Of a DNA stretch of 64,000 bases, positions 37,136 to 46,695 are shown in pieces. The stretch is from Candidatus Sumerlaeia bacterium. Its GTDB lineage: Bacteria; Sumerlaeota; Sumerlaeia; SLMS01; JANRJK01. The DNA lies in contig JANRJK010000013.1 in the NCBI GenBank assembly GCA_033764015.1, positions 160,001 to 224,000 on the forward strand, in the 5' to 3' direction. The position numbers were made by a program, and so were the translations under genes. The notes below the pieces were generated by a model. That model did no database searches. It was not told where the DNA came from and saw only the letters and a list, made by a program, of their open reading frames with translations. How positions within the stretch are numbered: position 1 is the stretch's first letter; every line of letters begins with the position of its first letter.

Positions 37136-40024
37136 CTACGGACCGGTAATCAGCCCCACGGCCCGGGCGACCGCGGGATCGTTCGAGGCGCGGGCGGCGT
37201 CGAAGTCGGGGTCGGCGAAGACCGTGGCGTCCAGAACCCCCTCCGCGTTCAGGTCGGCGAGCAATGCCGCCGCCGCGGCCGGATCGCCTGCGTGCAACTC
37301 GACTAGGGGGCGGCGAGCGGAGAGGTGGCGCGCGGCGGGGGAGTCCGGGAGACCGGCCACCGCGCACCCTTCCTCGAAGATCCTGCGCGCCTCGTCGCCG
37401 CGCCCCGCGAGGGCGAGGGCGCGCGCATGCCAGAATGCGTTCATCGCCGCGGGGACGGCGGCGCGCCCTGGTTCCCGTCCCCTCAGCTCCGCCCAGCGGA
37501 TGGCCGCCGCCGCGTGGGCGGCGAGGGCGTCGTCGACGCGGCCGAGCCGGTGCGCGTCGTAGCCGATGGAGTCGTGGGCGAGCGCGCACTCGTGTTGGAA
37601 GCGGCTGTCCGGGGGCTCCTTCGCCGCCCACGGGCAGACGTGCGCGCGGGCGGCTTCCGCGTAGGCGAGGGCGGCATCGAAGTCGCCGAGTTGCTCCGCG
37701 GCCCAGCAGGCGCGCTTGAGGTTCCAGCAATGGATGTACGCCCAGTCCGCGTTTTCGGGGTCGTGGTCCGCCATGCGGGCGCTTGCCGCGAGGGCGCGGG
37801 CGTACTCGCGGGCGGCGCCGGCGTGGTCGCCGGAGCCGTAGAGGAGGTCGCCGATGTTGGCGGCGAGCACGGTGGCGTCGCGCTCGACCATCCAGTCGTC
37901 GGGTTCGAGGGCGCGGAGGCGTTCCACGACGGCGAAGGCCGCGTCGAAGTCGCGCCGCGCCGCCTCCGTATCGCCGGCCATCTCCTCGATGCGCCCGCAC
38001 ATGCCGTAGACCGAGAGCAGGTCGCGCAGGGGGAGCGGGTCGTCGGGCTCGGCCTGCGCAGCGATGCGCTCACGGATCGTGCGGGCCTCGCGGGCGGCGG
38101 CGCGCGCCTCCGCGAGCCTGCCGAGTTCGCGGAGCGCGTGCGCCTGCTTGGTGTGGGCCACCGCGATTTCGCGCGCGGGAGAGTCAGGCAGCTCGAGCAG
38201 GAGCGAGGCGCATTCCGCGAAGGCGGCATGGGCCGCTTCCCACTCGGAAACCTGTCCTTCGATATCGCCCAACCGGTCGAGGGCGCCGGCGAGGGTCTGC
38301 GTGATGCGCGGCTCGCGGCGCGCGATCGCGATGGCGGCGCCGACCGCGGCGCGCGCTTCCTCTGTCCTTCCGAGCGTCCGGAGGACCTCCGCCCGGTGGA
38401 TGTGCGCGGCGGCCTCGTTGGTTCGGGCGGGCTGCGTGCGCTCCGATTCGGGAAGGGCGCCATAATAGCCCACCGCGCGGAGGGTGACCCCGTCGAGGAC
38501 GGCGGTCTGGCCGATCGGTTCGAGGCGGGCGCGGAGGTCGGTGAGCATGTAATCCAGGAGCCCCTCCGCATCGGCGCGGGCGCGCTCGGCGCGGGCGCGG
38601 GCCTCCTCGATGCGGCGCTGCCGGGCGCGCAGCTCCTCGTTCGCGCGGCGCTGGGTGACGTACAGCGTGGCGAGCAGCGCGCCCACGCCGAGGAGGAGGC
38701 AGGCGCTGGAGATGGCGAAGGTGCGCCGCTGGCATTCGCGGCGGGCGCGCATTTCGGCCTGTCCTGCGATGCGTTCGCGCAGCCTGTCCGCTCCCGCCGA
38801 GGAGAGCCGGTCCGCCTGTGCGCGCGCGAGGACGAAGTCGCCGTGCGCGAGGGCGTCCTCCGCGTAGCGGCGCAGTACCTCGTCCGTCAGCGCCCGCGCG
38901 CCCGGGTGCGCGTCCCAGTGCGTCCGGACGAACTCCAGTTCGGCGAGGCAGTACGAGTAGCCGGCGTAGTCCCGCGCCTGCTCGAACAGGCGTTGGGCAC
39001 GGCCGAAGGCGGCCTCCGCCTCGCGGCGGCGGGAAGCGCCGGAGCGGAAGTCGCGGACGCGGGCGAGGAGCTCGGCGGCGCTGCGCGGGCGCCGAGCGGG
39101 GTCGGGGTCGAGCGACCGCGCCGCGAGCGACTCGAGTTCCGCGGGGATCGTCCGGCCCGGCGCCGCCTCGCGCACCGGGACGACCCGGCCCCGGTGGGCC
39201 ATGTAGAACGCCTGGGCGCTGGAGGGCGCATGGTGCGGGGGGACGCCGCACAGGATGGTGTGGAGGATTCCTCCGAGGAGGTACACGTCCGTCCAGGGTC
39301 CCACGCCGCGGGCGCTGGGGAGCGTTTGCTCCGGCGCCATGTAGGCGGGGGTTCCCGCGGGGGCGCGGGCGGTGTCGGGTGTGGGCAGCCAAGGCGAGGG
39401 GGCGACGCCTTCCGCCGGGATCCAAACCGCGAGCCCCCAGTCCATGAGGAACACCTCGCCGAAGTCGCCCACGACGACTTGCTGGGGCTTGAGGTCGGCG
39501 TGGACGACGCCGCGCGAGTGGGCGAAGGCGACGGCCTGCGCGACCTGCTGGAGGATGCCGAGGTGCTCGTCGAGATGCTCCTCGAAGGGGCGCTCCACCG
39601 GGGCCGCGAGCAGGGCGCTCCAAGGGCGCCCCTCGACGAGCTTCATGGCGAGGCTGGGGCGTCCGTCGCCGCCCCGGACGATGTCGTAGACCGGCACGAT
39701 GTTCGGGTGGTCGAGGCGCGCCGCGATGAGGCCTTCCGCGAGGAGGTTGGCTTCCGGATCGGAGCCGCCGCCGCTGGCGCCGGCCTGTTCCTCGGCGTCG
39801 GGGCGCAGCACCTTGAGAGCGACTAGCCGGTCCAGCGAGACTTGCCGGGCGCGCCAGACCTCGGCGAACCCGCCCCGGGCGACGAGCGCCTCGGGAACCC
39901 AGGCTTCTCCGGCGCTGGTGGCGTGGTGGGGCGGCCTCGGCGCGCGTCGCGGAAAGGTGTCCCCCGGGTTTTCGGGGAGGTCGGCCGGACAGGGCACAAC
40001 GGGCTGTTCCTGTTCGATGCTCAT
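37136..40024 (-). CDS. Ser/Thr kinase-TM-TPR protein
   Basis: ARGGFAEVW, VALK, HADLKPQQ, DWG, GTPAYMAPEQ; TM at ~aa 435-457; TPR-like helical repeats. Confidence 0.9.
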   Translation of the reverse strand: MSIEQEQPVVPCPADLPENPGDTFPRRAPRPPHHATSAGEAWVPEALVARGGFAEVWRARQVSLDRLVALKVLRPDAEEQAGASGGGSDPEANLLAEGLIAARLDHPNIVPVYDIVRGGDGRPSLAMKLVEGRPWSALLAAPVERPFEEHLDEHLGILQQVAQAVAFAHSRGVVHADLKPQQVVVGDFGEVFLMDWGLAVWIPAEGVAPSPWLPTPDTARAPAGTPAYMAPEQTLPSARGVGPWTDVYLLGGILHTILCGVPPHHAPSSAQAFYMAHRGRVVPVREAAPGRTIPAELESLAARSLDPDPARRPRSAAELLARVRDFRSGASRRREAEAAFGRAQRLFEQARDYAGYSYCLAELEFVRTHWDAHPGARALTDEVLRRYAEDALAHGDFVLARAQADRLSSAGADRLRERIAGQAEMRARRECQRRTFAISSACLLLGVGALLATLYVTQRRANEELRARQRRIEEARARAERARADAEGLLDYMLTDLRARLEPIGQTAVLDGVTLRAVGYYGALPESERTQPARTNEAAAHIHRAEVLRTLGRTEEARAAVGAAIAIARREPRITQTLAGALDRLGDIEGQVSEWEAAHAAFAECASLLLELPDSPAREIAVAHTKQAHALRELGRLAEARAAAREARTIRERIAAQAEPDDPLPLRDLLSVYGMCGRIEEMAGDTEAARRDFDAAFAVVERLRALEPDDWMVERDATVLAANIGDLLYGSGDHAGAAREYARALAASARMADHDPENADWAYIHCWNLKRACWAAEQLGDFDAALAYAEAARAHVCPWAAKEPPDSRFQHECALAHDSIGYDAHRLGRVDDALAAHAAAAIRWAELRGREPGRAAVPAAMNAFWHARALALAGRGDEARRIFEEGCAVAGLPDSPAARHLSARRPLVELHAGDPAAAAALLADLNAEGVLDATVFADPDFDAARASNDPAVARAVGLITGP

Positions 40025-40110
40025 GCGCAGGGGGAACCCTCTTGCCGGATGGGTGGCTGGGAGAAGACATTCCCGGTGCGGACCGACCTCGTCACGGGGA
40101 AAGCACGACC

Positions 40111-40800
40111 ATGCGGAGCCTCTGGTACCTTAGCCAGATGGACTTCTTCGAGGAGCTTGGGGAGGAGTCGCGCCTTTCGCTGGCGCGGCACGCGGAGGTG
40201 CATGTGTGGGCGGCGAAGACCGACGCGTCGGCGGTGATCGCCTCCGGCAGGGTGTTCCTCATCACGGAGGGGCGACTCGAACTGAGCCACCTCAGCAGCC
40301 AGGGGAGGCAGCTTTGCCTCGGGCACCTCGAACCGGGCTCCGTCATCGGGGCGTTCGACGAGGTCGGGGACGCGATGGACGAGTTCACTTGCAACCATGT
40401 GCGCGCGCTCGAAGAGAGCGGAGCGGTGTCCTTCACCAAGAAGTACTTCCACGGGATGCTGGGGCGGCGCCCGGCGGTGGCGGGCTATGTGATGCGCTAC
40501 CTCTCGGAGTGCCGCCGGCGGCTCGAGAAGCGGCTGGTGGGCGTGCTCTTCCGGAGCAACGAGGCGAAGGTCGCGTCCATCCTGCTGGAACTCGCGGAGG
40601 ATGGCGGCGTCCGCAAGCCGGGCGGGCGCGTGGTGCTTGATCCGGCGCCGTCGCACATCGAAATCGGCGCGATGGTCGGGCTGCCGCGGGAGGAGGTGAG
40701 CAGGGCCCTGGGGGCGCTCCGCGACCAGGGACTCGCGGAGCAGGGCCGGCGCAGAATCGAGATTCCCGACCTTGGGAGGTTGCGCGAGACGCTACGGTGA
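40111..40800 (+). CDS. Crp/Fnr family transcriptional regulator
   Basis: cNMP-like beta barrel (VFLITEGRLEL); HTH SHIEIGAMVGLPREEVSRALGAL. Confidence 0.88.
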   Translation: MRSLWYLSQMDFFEELGEESRLSLARHAEVHVWAAKTDASAVIASGRVFLITEGRLELSHLSSQGRQLCLGHLEPGSVIGAFDEVGDAMDEFTCNHVRALEESGAVSFTKKYFHGMLGRRPAVAGYVMRYLSECRRRLEKRLVGVLFRSNEAKVASILLELAEDGGVRKPGGRVVLDPAPSHIEIGAMVGLPREEVSRALGALRDQGLAEQGRRRIEIPDLGRLRETLR

Positions 40801-40887
40801 GAAGTCTCACCGACAGCAGCCGGCCCTTTGGACAGCCTCGCCGAGTCCCGCCACCGCGCGGGCCACCCGGCCCCGGAGGTCCCCCGA

Positions 40888-43800
40888 ATGCGCCGCACCA
40901 CCGCCTGCTTGCTCAGCGCCTCGCTTCTTCTCCACTCCGCCCTTCCGTCCGCGACGATCATCTGGAGCGGCAACGGCGACGGCACCCGCTGGTTCGACGC
41001 CAATAACTGGTTCCCGCCGGCCGGGAGCTCGACTCCCCGCGTGCCGCTCGCCAGCGACGATGTGCAGATCGTGGCACAGACGAACGAGACCGTGGTCATC
41101 GATGTCGCGTCCGCCTTCGCGCGAAGCATCGATACCGGTGGCGATGGCAGGCTCACTATCGCCACGGCCCTCCTGCTGTCGGACACGGACACGACCTCGA
41201 CGATTTCGATGCCTGTCACGCTCGAGCAAAGCGCCACGCTCACGAGCTTGGATCCTGTCGTGTTCGCCGAGCGGGTCACGTCGAACGGCGGCATCCTCGA
41301 TGGACAAAACGAGGGCGAGTTCATCCTCCAGAAGCAGCTCATCATCAACCGCCCGGCGCCGTTCCAGCGCGGCCTCGCCATCAACAATGCGGACGTGCTC
41401 TGCAACGGCGGCGCGGAGTGGTTCGCCGGCGAAGTCCAGCTCTCGGACACGAACTTCATCGGCACCGCGTCGGAGCTGCGCTTCCCCTTGGGCACCACGC
41501 TCGAGATCGGTCCCGGCGGCGTGATGTCCGGCGGCACCCTGCGCATGGAGGAGGGCTCTTTCGTTGTCATGCAGAACCGAACTGAGGAGGCACGCATCGA
41601 CTCGCTCCTGCTCGCGACGGGCGCCACCTTCGGGCGCCTCGGAGGCCCCGGGCGCCTCCTCCTCTCAAACCTCGTCGCGGAGGAGTGCAACCTCGATGGC
41701 GTGATCATCACCGAAAGCGCGAGCTTGCTCTCTCCGCTGATGCAACTCACGGACTGCACCATGAGGGACATGCGCGTGGAAGGGCGCGGCGAGTCCATCC
41801 AGCAGTCCCTCAAGCTCACGCTCGTTGGCCTGACGCTCGTGGATGGGCTTGTGATCCACACAACCTCCATCCGGCCCGACAACGAGCTGGCAACGGTTGA
41901 GGTCGTCGGGGGCAGCAGCCTGCTCGCGAGCAATTTCGGCGAGTCTGCGAACTCCGAAGTGACGATCGACAATGGGCGCATCATCGGCTCCGGGACGCTC
42001 GAGATCGAGACCGGCTCCGAGCTTGACGTCGCCGACTCGCTGGACGTGCCGGGCACCAAAAACTTCCTCACTGCGCCGACCCAGGTATTCGGACTGCTCC
42101 ATGTGCCCCGGTTCCACAAGATCACCGATCCGACCGGCGCGACCACGCCCCGCGTCACCATCGAGAAAGGGGGCGTCCTCCGGGCCCAGCGCGAAACCAA
42201 TGTGGAGCTCTCCGTCGACTGCCATGGCGCCATCGAAATCGGGAACCTGACGGACCCCGGCCCCGTAGATCCGGACCCGGATCGGGTCGTCACCTGCACC
42301 GGCAAGTGGCAGATCCTGCCCGGCGGAACGGCGGAAGTCGCCGAACTGACACAGTGGTTCTTCAGCGGCGGCAGCGTGACGAGCAGCACCTCCCTCGAGG
42401 TGCCCGGCGGCGGCAAAGTCACGCTCGGCGAGGGCTCCGAACTAACTGTCGCGAACGGCAACCTCTTCGGCGAGCTGATCGCGCCCCCCTCCGCCTTCTT
42501 CACCGTGGACCGCGGCCGCTTCCGCATCCGCAACGGTTCGCGCTTCGACCCGCAGGACGTCGAGATAATCGGCGAAAACTTCGAGAACAACAACGAAACC
42601 TTCGACCCGGAACTCATCATCGAGGCGCCCTTCACCATCCCGCGCCTGCGCATGAGCGGCGACTGCAACATCTCCGGGCCGCCGGTCACGGTGACGGAAT
42701 TCCTCAGCATGAAGGGCGGCGAGCTGAAGATCCCGGGCGGCGACTTCACGCTCGCGGCCACCGCCACCGCCATCCTCAACGGCGAATTCACGAGCACCTC
42801 CGGAATGGCCGTGCGCATCGGCAACGGCACGCGCTTCATGAACCGCGGCGCGATCACCTGGACCAGCACCTTCGCGCCGATCTTCCGCAGCACCGCGACC
42901 GCGTCCTTCGTCAACGAAGGCACGATGCTCCTCGACACGAACGACAGCACTTTCGGCAGCGGCGCCTTCATCAACCGCGGCACCATCGAGAAGGTCGGCG
43001 CGCTCACCAATTCCGTGCTCCGCGACATCCTACACGAGTCCGGCCTCATCGAGAACGAGGCCGGCCGCCTCGTGCTCAGCGGCGGCGAGCTGCGCGCGCA
43101 GGTCCGCACTCTCGAGACCGGCCGCACCGCCGGCAGCAACGGCGTTCGCCTCACGGAGGGCTGCGCGCTCACCGGCGACGGCACCTTCGGCATCGATGCG
43201 GAGGTCTTCGTCGAGGCCGACGTGCCCGCGCGCAACGTCGTCATCGACAACGGCATCGGCGTGCTCCGCGGCGCAGGGAACATGCTCGTCGATGGCGAGT
43301 TCCGCTGGGCCGACGGAGACATCAACATGGGCGCCACCGGCGGCCTCACGATCCTCCCCGGCGCCACGCTCCTCATGGAGCCTGCGGACCCGCTCGCGCT
43401 GAACAACTTCTGGCGCAGCGGCATCATCGACAACTTCGGCACCGCCATCTGGTCCGACGCAGGCAATGCGAACCTCTTCGCCGAGAAGCCCGCCGCCTTC
43501 AACAACCGCGACACCGGCGAGTTCTTCATCAATGGCCGCGGCCGCCTCTTCTTCACCACCAACGAGGCCAACCGCATCTCCGTCGCGAACGAAGGGGTTC
43601 TCCTCCGCGGGCCCGGCGCCGCGCGCCGCGGCGACACCGGTCCCGACGAGACCGGCCTGGGCTTCAACCTCACGAACTCCGGCGCGATCACGCTCGAATC
43701 CGGCCTCGCCCGCGTGGAGGGCACGTTTGTTCAGAACGGCGGCGAGCTGAACTTCAACGGCGGCAGCCTCCAGCACCTCGGAATCGACAGCAACGGGGCC

Positions 43801-44973
43801 CCCGTCCTCCAAACCGGCGCGATGCAGTTCAACGACGGCGCCATCAACGTCAACGCGCCCGGCACGATCATGGGCGAAGTCCGCGTGAACGGCGACACGG
43901 AGGTGCTCATCAACGGCACCACTTGGATCATCGCCGGCAAGTTCGGCATCGAGGGCGTGATGACCGTGATCGACGGCAAGGTCGTCCACTTCAGCCAGGG
44001 GCTCGACGGCTTCCCGTCGCCGCAGCAGGAACCCGCGCTCTACGAAGGCTCGCTCTTCGTGCGTGTCGGCTTGCTGGGCTTTGGCAGCGAGTGGTTCGGC
44101 GATGTCACCTTCACGCCGCAGAGCTTCACGGAGGTCGTCGGCGCGAGATTCCTTGTGGCGGGCGCGTTCAAGGGCCTCGGCCGCATGAGGTTCAATGGCA
44201 AGTGCGAGCTCCAGCACTTCGGCCGCGGCGTGTCCGCGCCCGGGGTTGCGTCGGCGACGCGCGGCGCCACCGCCCCCCAGGAGGAACCCGCGATCTACGC
44301 CGGCGAAGTCACCGTGGAAGGCGAGGGCGGCACCATCAGCGGCGAGGCGGTCCTCACGACCTCTGCGACTCTCCGCGTCGAGGGCGCGCCGTTCGTCACC
44401 GAAGGCCCGCTCACCATCGAGGGCCAGGCGATCCTCAACGGCGGCACGCTCACCAACAAGGGCCGGACGCCGGGAGGGGATCCCGCGCCGCAGGCGGAGC
44501 CCATCATCCTCCGCTCCGCGACTGTCCAGGTCACCGCGGACAGCGAGATCGACGGCGACATGACGCTGGAGGGTACCGCGAACCAGTTCGTGGTGAAGCC
44601 CGGCGCGACGCTCACGGCGGCGGTGACGCAGCTCGACCTCACGAGCGCCGCGCTCACCATCGAGACGGTCGGCGGCGCCACGCCCCGCGCGGGAAAGCTC
44701 AAGGCCCGGCGCCGCTCGCCGAATCGCGGTGGGGACGGCGAGATCGTGCTTGGCGGAGTCTTCAACCTCTCGTTCGTCGGCACCCCGGAGCAGCCGATGC
44801 CCCCCAACACCACCTTCCGGGCGGTCGAGGCGGCGGCGCTGACGGGCTCCTTCGGAAGCGTGTCCGGGCTTACGGTGCCTGGGGGCACTTTCGCAACATC
44901 GCAGGGACCGACATTCTTCGCCCTGACTCTCGGCGGCCCGAGCTCAGCGACAAACGGCTGGTTGCTCTACTAA
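40888..44973 (+). CDS. Giant secreted beta-strand-repeat (autotransporter-passenger-like) protein without beta-barrel, with C-terminal WxxY tail
   Basis: Signal MRRTTACLLSASLLLHSALPSA; WSGNGDGTRWFDANNW N-terminus; G/N/T-rich repeats (FxNxGT); ends SSATNGWLLY*. Confidence 0.8.
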   Translation: MRRTTACLLSASLLLHSALPSATIIWSGNGDGTRWFDANNWFPPAGSSTPRVPLASDDVQIVAQTNETVVIDVASAFARSIDTGGDGRLTIATALLLSDTDTTSTISMPVTLEQSATLTSLDPVVFAERVTSNGGILDGQNEGEFILQKQLIINRPAPFQRGLAINNADVLCNGGAEWFAGEVQLSDTNFIGTASELRFPLGTTLEIGPGGVMSGGTLRMEEGSFVVMQNRTEEARIDSLLLATGATFGRLGGPGRLLLSNLVAEECNLDGVIITESASLLSPLMQLTDCTMRDMRVEGRGESIQQSLKLTLVGLTLVDGLVIHTTSIRPDNELATVEVVGGSSLLASNFGESANSEVTIDNGRIIGSGTLEIETGSELDVADSLDVPGTKNFLTAPTQVFGLLHVPRFHKITDPTGATTPRVTIEKGGVLRAQRETNVELSVDCHGAIEIGNLTDPGPVDPDPDRVVTCTGKWQILPGGTAEVAELTQWFFSGGSVTSSTSLEVPGGGKVTLGEGSELTVANGNLFGELIAPPSAFFTVDRGRFRIRNGSRFDPQDVEIIGENFENNNETFDPELIIEAPFTIPRLRMSGDCNISGPPVTVTEFLSMKGGELKIPGGDFTLAATATAILNGEFTSTSGMAVRIGNGTRFMNRGAITWTSTFAPIFRSTATASFVNEGTMLLDTNDSTFGSGAFINRGTIEKVGALTNSVLRDILHESGLIENEAGRLVLSGGELRAQVRTLETGRTAGSNGVRLTEGCALTGDGTFGIDAEVFVEADVPARNVVIDNGIGVLRGAGNMLVDGEFRWADGDINMGATGGLTILPGATLLMEPADPLALNNFWRSGIIDNFGTAIWSDAGNANLFAEKPAAFNNRDTGEFFINGRGRLFFTTNEANRISVANEGVLLRGPGAARRGDTGPDETGLGFNLTNSGAITLESGLARVEGTFVQNGGELNFNGGSLQHLGIDSNGAPVLQTGAMQFNDGAINVNAPGTIMGEVRVNGDTEVLINGTTWIIAGKFGIEGVMTVIDGKVVHFSQGLDGFPSPQQEPALYEGSLFVRVGLLGFGSEWFGDVTFTPQSFTEVVGARFLVAGAFKGLGRMRFNGKCELQHFGRGVSAPGVASATRGATAPQEEPAIYAGEVTVEGEGGTISGEAVLTTSATLRVEGAPFVTEGPLTIEGQAILNGGTLTNKGRTPGGDPAPQAEPIILRSATVQVTADSEIDGDMTLEGTANQFVVKPGATLTAAVTQLDLTSAALTIETVGGATPRAGKLKARRRSPNRGGDGEIVLGGVFNLSFVGTPEQPMPPNTTFRAVEAAALTGSFGSVSGLTVPGGTFATSQGPTFFALTLGGPSSATNGWLLY

Positions 44974-45168
44974 GGGGCTGCAAACCTCGCGAACCTCAAG
45001 ACTCGCGGAAAGTCCGAGGCGGAGAAGGGAATTCAAGGCGAGGGGGGCGCCAAGGGCCGGCGCCCCCTACTTCGCGATACCCTAGGATCACTTGTCAGCG
45101 CTGTCCGTTGCGCCGATGGTGACCTGCATTTCGCACCGAGGTGTCCGCCCCAGCACCTAGAGGCCCCA

Positions 45169-46401
45169 ATGATGCCCGACATCGAAAGGGACCTGCCGTC
45201 GTCCTGCGATGTCCCCGTCCCCGGGGACCTGCCGCACGATTCGCTGGTTTCCCACAACCCGCACAAGTCGCGCTTCACGCTGCGCGGCGGCCCGGACGAC
45301 GCGCCCGAGACCGGCGTCGCGGAGCACTTGGAAACGGAAGCGATCCCGGCGCAAAGCCCCGTGCCGCAGTGGCCCGACGACGATTCGGCCGAGACGCACT
45401 CGCCGCCGCCGGACCTCCCGGTCGCGCCGGAAGTCGCGGAGCAACCCGGCGCGCCGCCGAAGTCCGCCCGGCGCCACCGCCTGGTGCGCCTGATCGGGCG
45501 CGGCGGCTGCGGCGAAGTGTGGGAGGCGGTGCAGATCGAGTTGGACCGCCCGGTGGCGGTCAAGACGCTCCGCCAGGACCGGCTGGTGGAGTGCGCGGAC
45601 AGCGGCGAGCGCGCCATCATGGTGCGCAACTTCCGCGAGGAGGCGCTCGTTTCCGCGCGCCTGGACCATCCCAACATCGTGCCGGTGTACGACTACGGCC
45701 TCGGAGGGAACGGTTCGCCGGAGCTGTCGATGAAGCTGGTGCGCGGGCGCCAATGGGACCGCCTCATGAAGGACGAGCGGGGCCGGGCCGGCTTCGACGA
45801 TTTCCTCGCGCGGCACCTTCCCGTCCTCTCGGATGTGGCGAACGCGGTGGCCTTCGCGCACTCGCGCGGAATCGTCCACCGCGACATCAAGCCGTCGCAG
45901 GTGATGGTCGGCGACTTCGGCGAAGTGCTCCTGATGGACTGGGGCCTCGCGATGGTGTTGGACGAGGACGGCGGCGCGGCCGAGGCGGAGGTGGACGACG
46001 ACCAGCCCTCGTGGTTCTCGCTACCGACGCGCGCGAACGCGAGCAGCCCCGCCGGCACGCCCGCCTACATGGCGCCGGAGCAGACCCGCGGCAAGGCCAC
46101 CGGCGTCGGCGTCTGGACCGATGTGTACCTGCTCGGCGGATGCCTGTACTATGTGCTGACCGGCGTGGCGCCGCACGAAAGCGCGCAGTCGCACCAGGCG
46201 TTCATGCGCGCGGCGGCGGGCGATGTGGAGGACCCCCGCACGCTCTTCCCCCGCGCCGGCATCCCGGACGACTTGGCGGAGCTGGCGCTCGCGTCGCTCG
46301 CCGCGGATCCCGCCGCGCGGTCTCCGCACACCGAGTGCCGCGCCGCTTCGAGGTCCAGCTCCAATCGCTTGACGAGAAGGTCCGCATCGTTTCGCCCGTA
46401 G
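45169..46401 (+). pseudogene. Truncated Ser/Thr kinase (paralog of 46696-49767; TM/TPR part lost)
   Basis: GRGGCGEVW, HRDIKPSQ, DWG, APEQ. Similarity to the paralogs ends abruptly at ADPAAR (~46320). Confidence 0.75.
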
Positions 46402-46454
46402 CTGATAATGATGCTGCATGGCGTCGTTGCCTTGCGTACCGCCGTCGCGACCAT
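46320..46454 (-). pseudogene. N-terminal remnant of a TIR-domain gene
   Basis: MVATAVRKATTPCSIIISYGRNDADLLVKRLELDLEAARHSVCGD matches the TIR_2 start (FISYxRxD...RL...L...VWxD). Confidence 0.6.
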
Positions 46455-46695
46455 CGCGATGCCTCCGGATTCGTGCGACTGGTCCCGCGCCTCCGCGGCC
46501 GATGCAGCGAAGGAGGGTGAATTGTTCAACCCGATTCGGTTGCGCGCGGCCCGGTGGCCGAGGCGGGAGGCCCCGTGTGCCGACCATCGCATGCTCGCCG
46601 TTTCCCGTTGTCTCCCCCCAGGGGCGTTCCCAAAACCTGCGCGTTGACTCCCCGAGCCAGCAGCGCCCTCCCTCTCCCCAGCTCGGCGAGCGAAA

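Noticed and set aside
44975..45165. GGAAAGTCC word suggesting RNase P RNA
   Set aside because: The region is too short and lacks the other conserved helices. Only a GC hairpin is present (~45042-45068).
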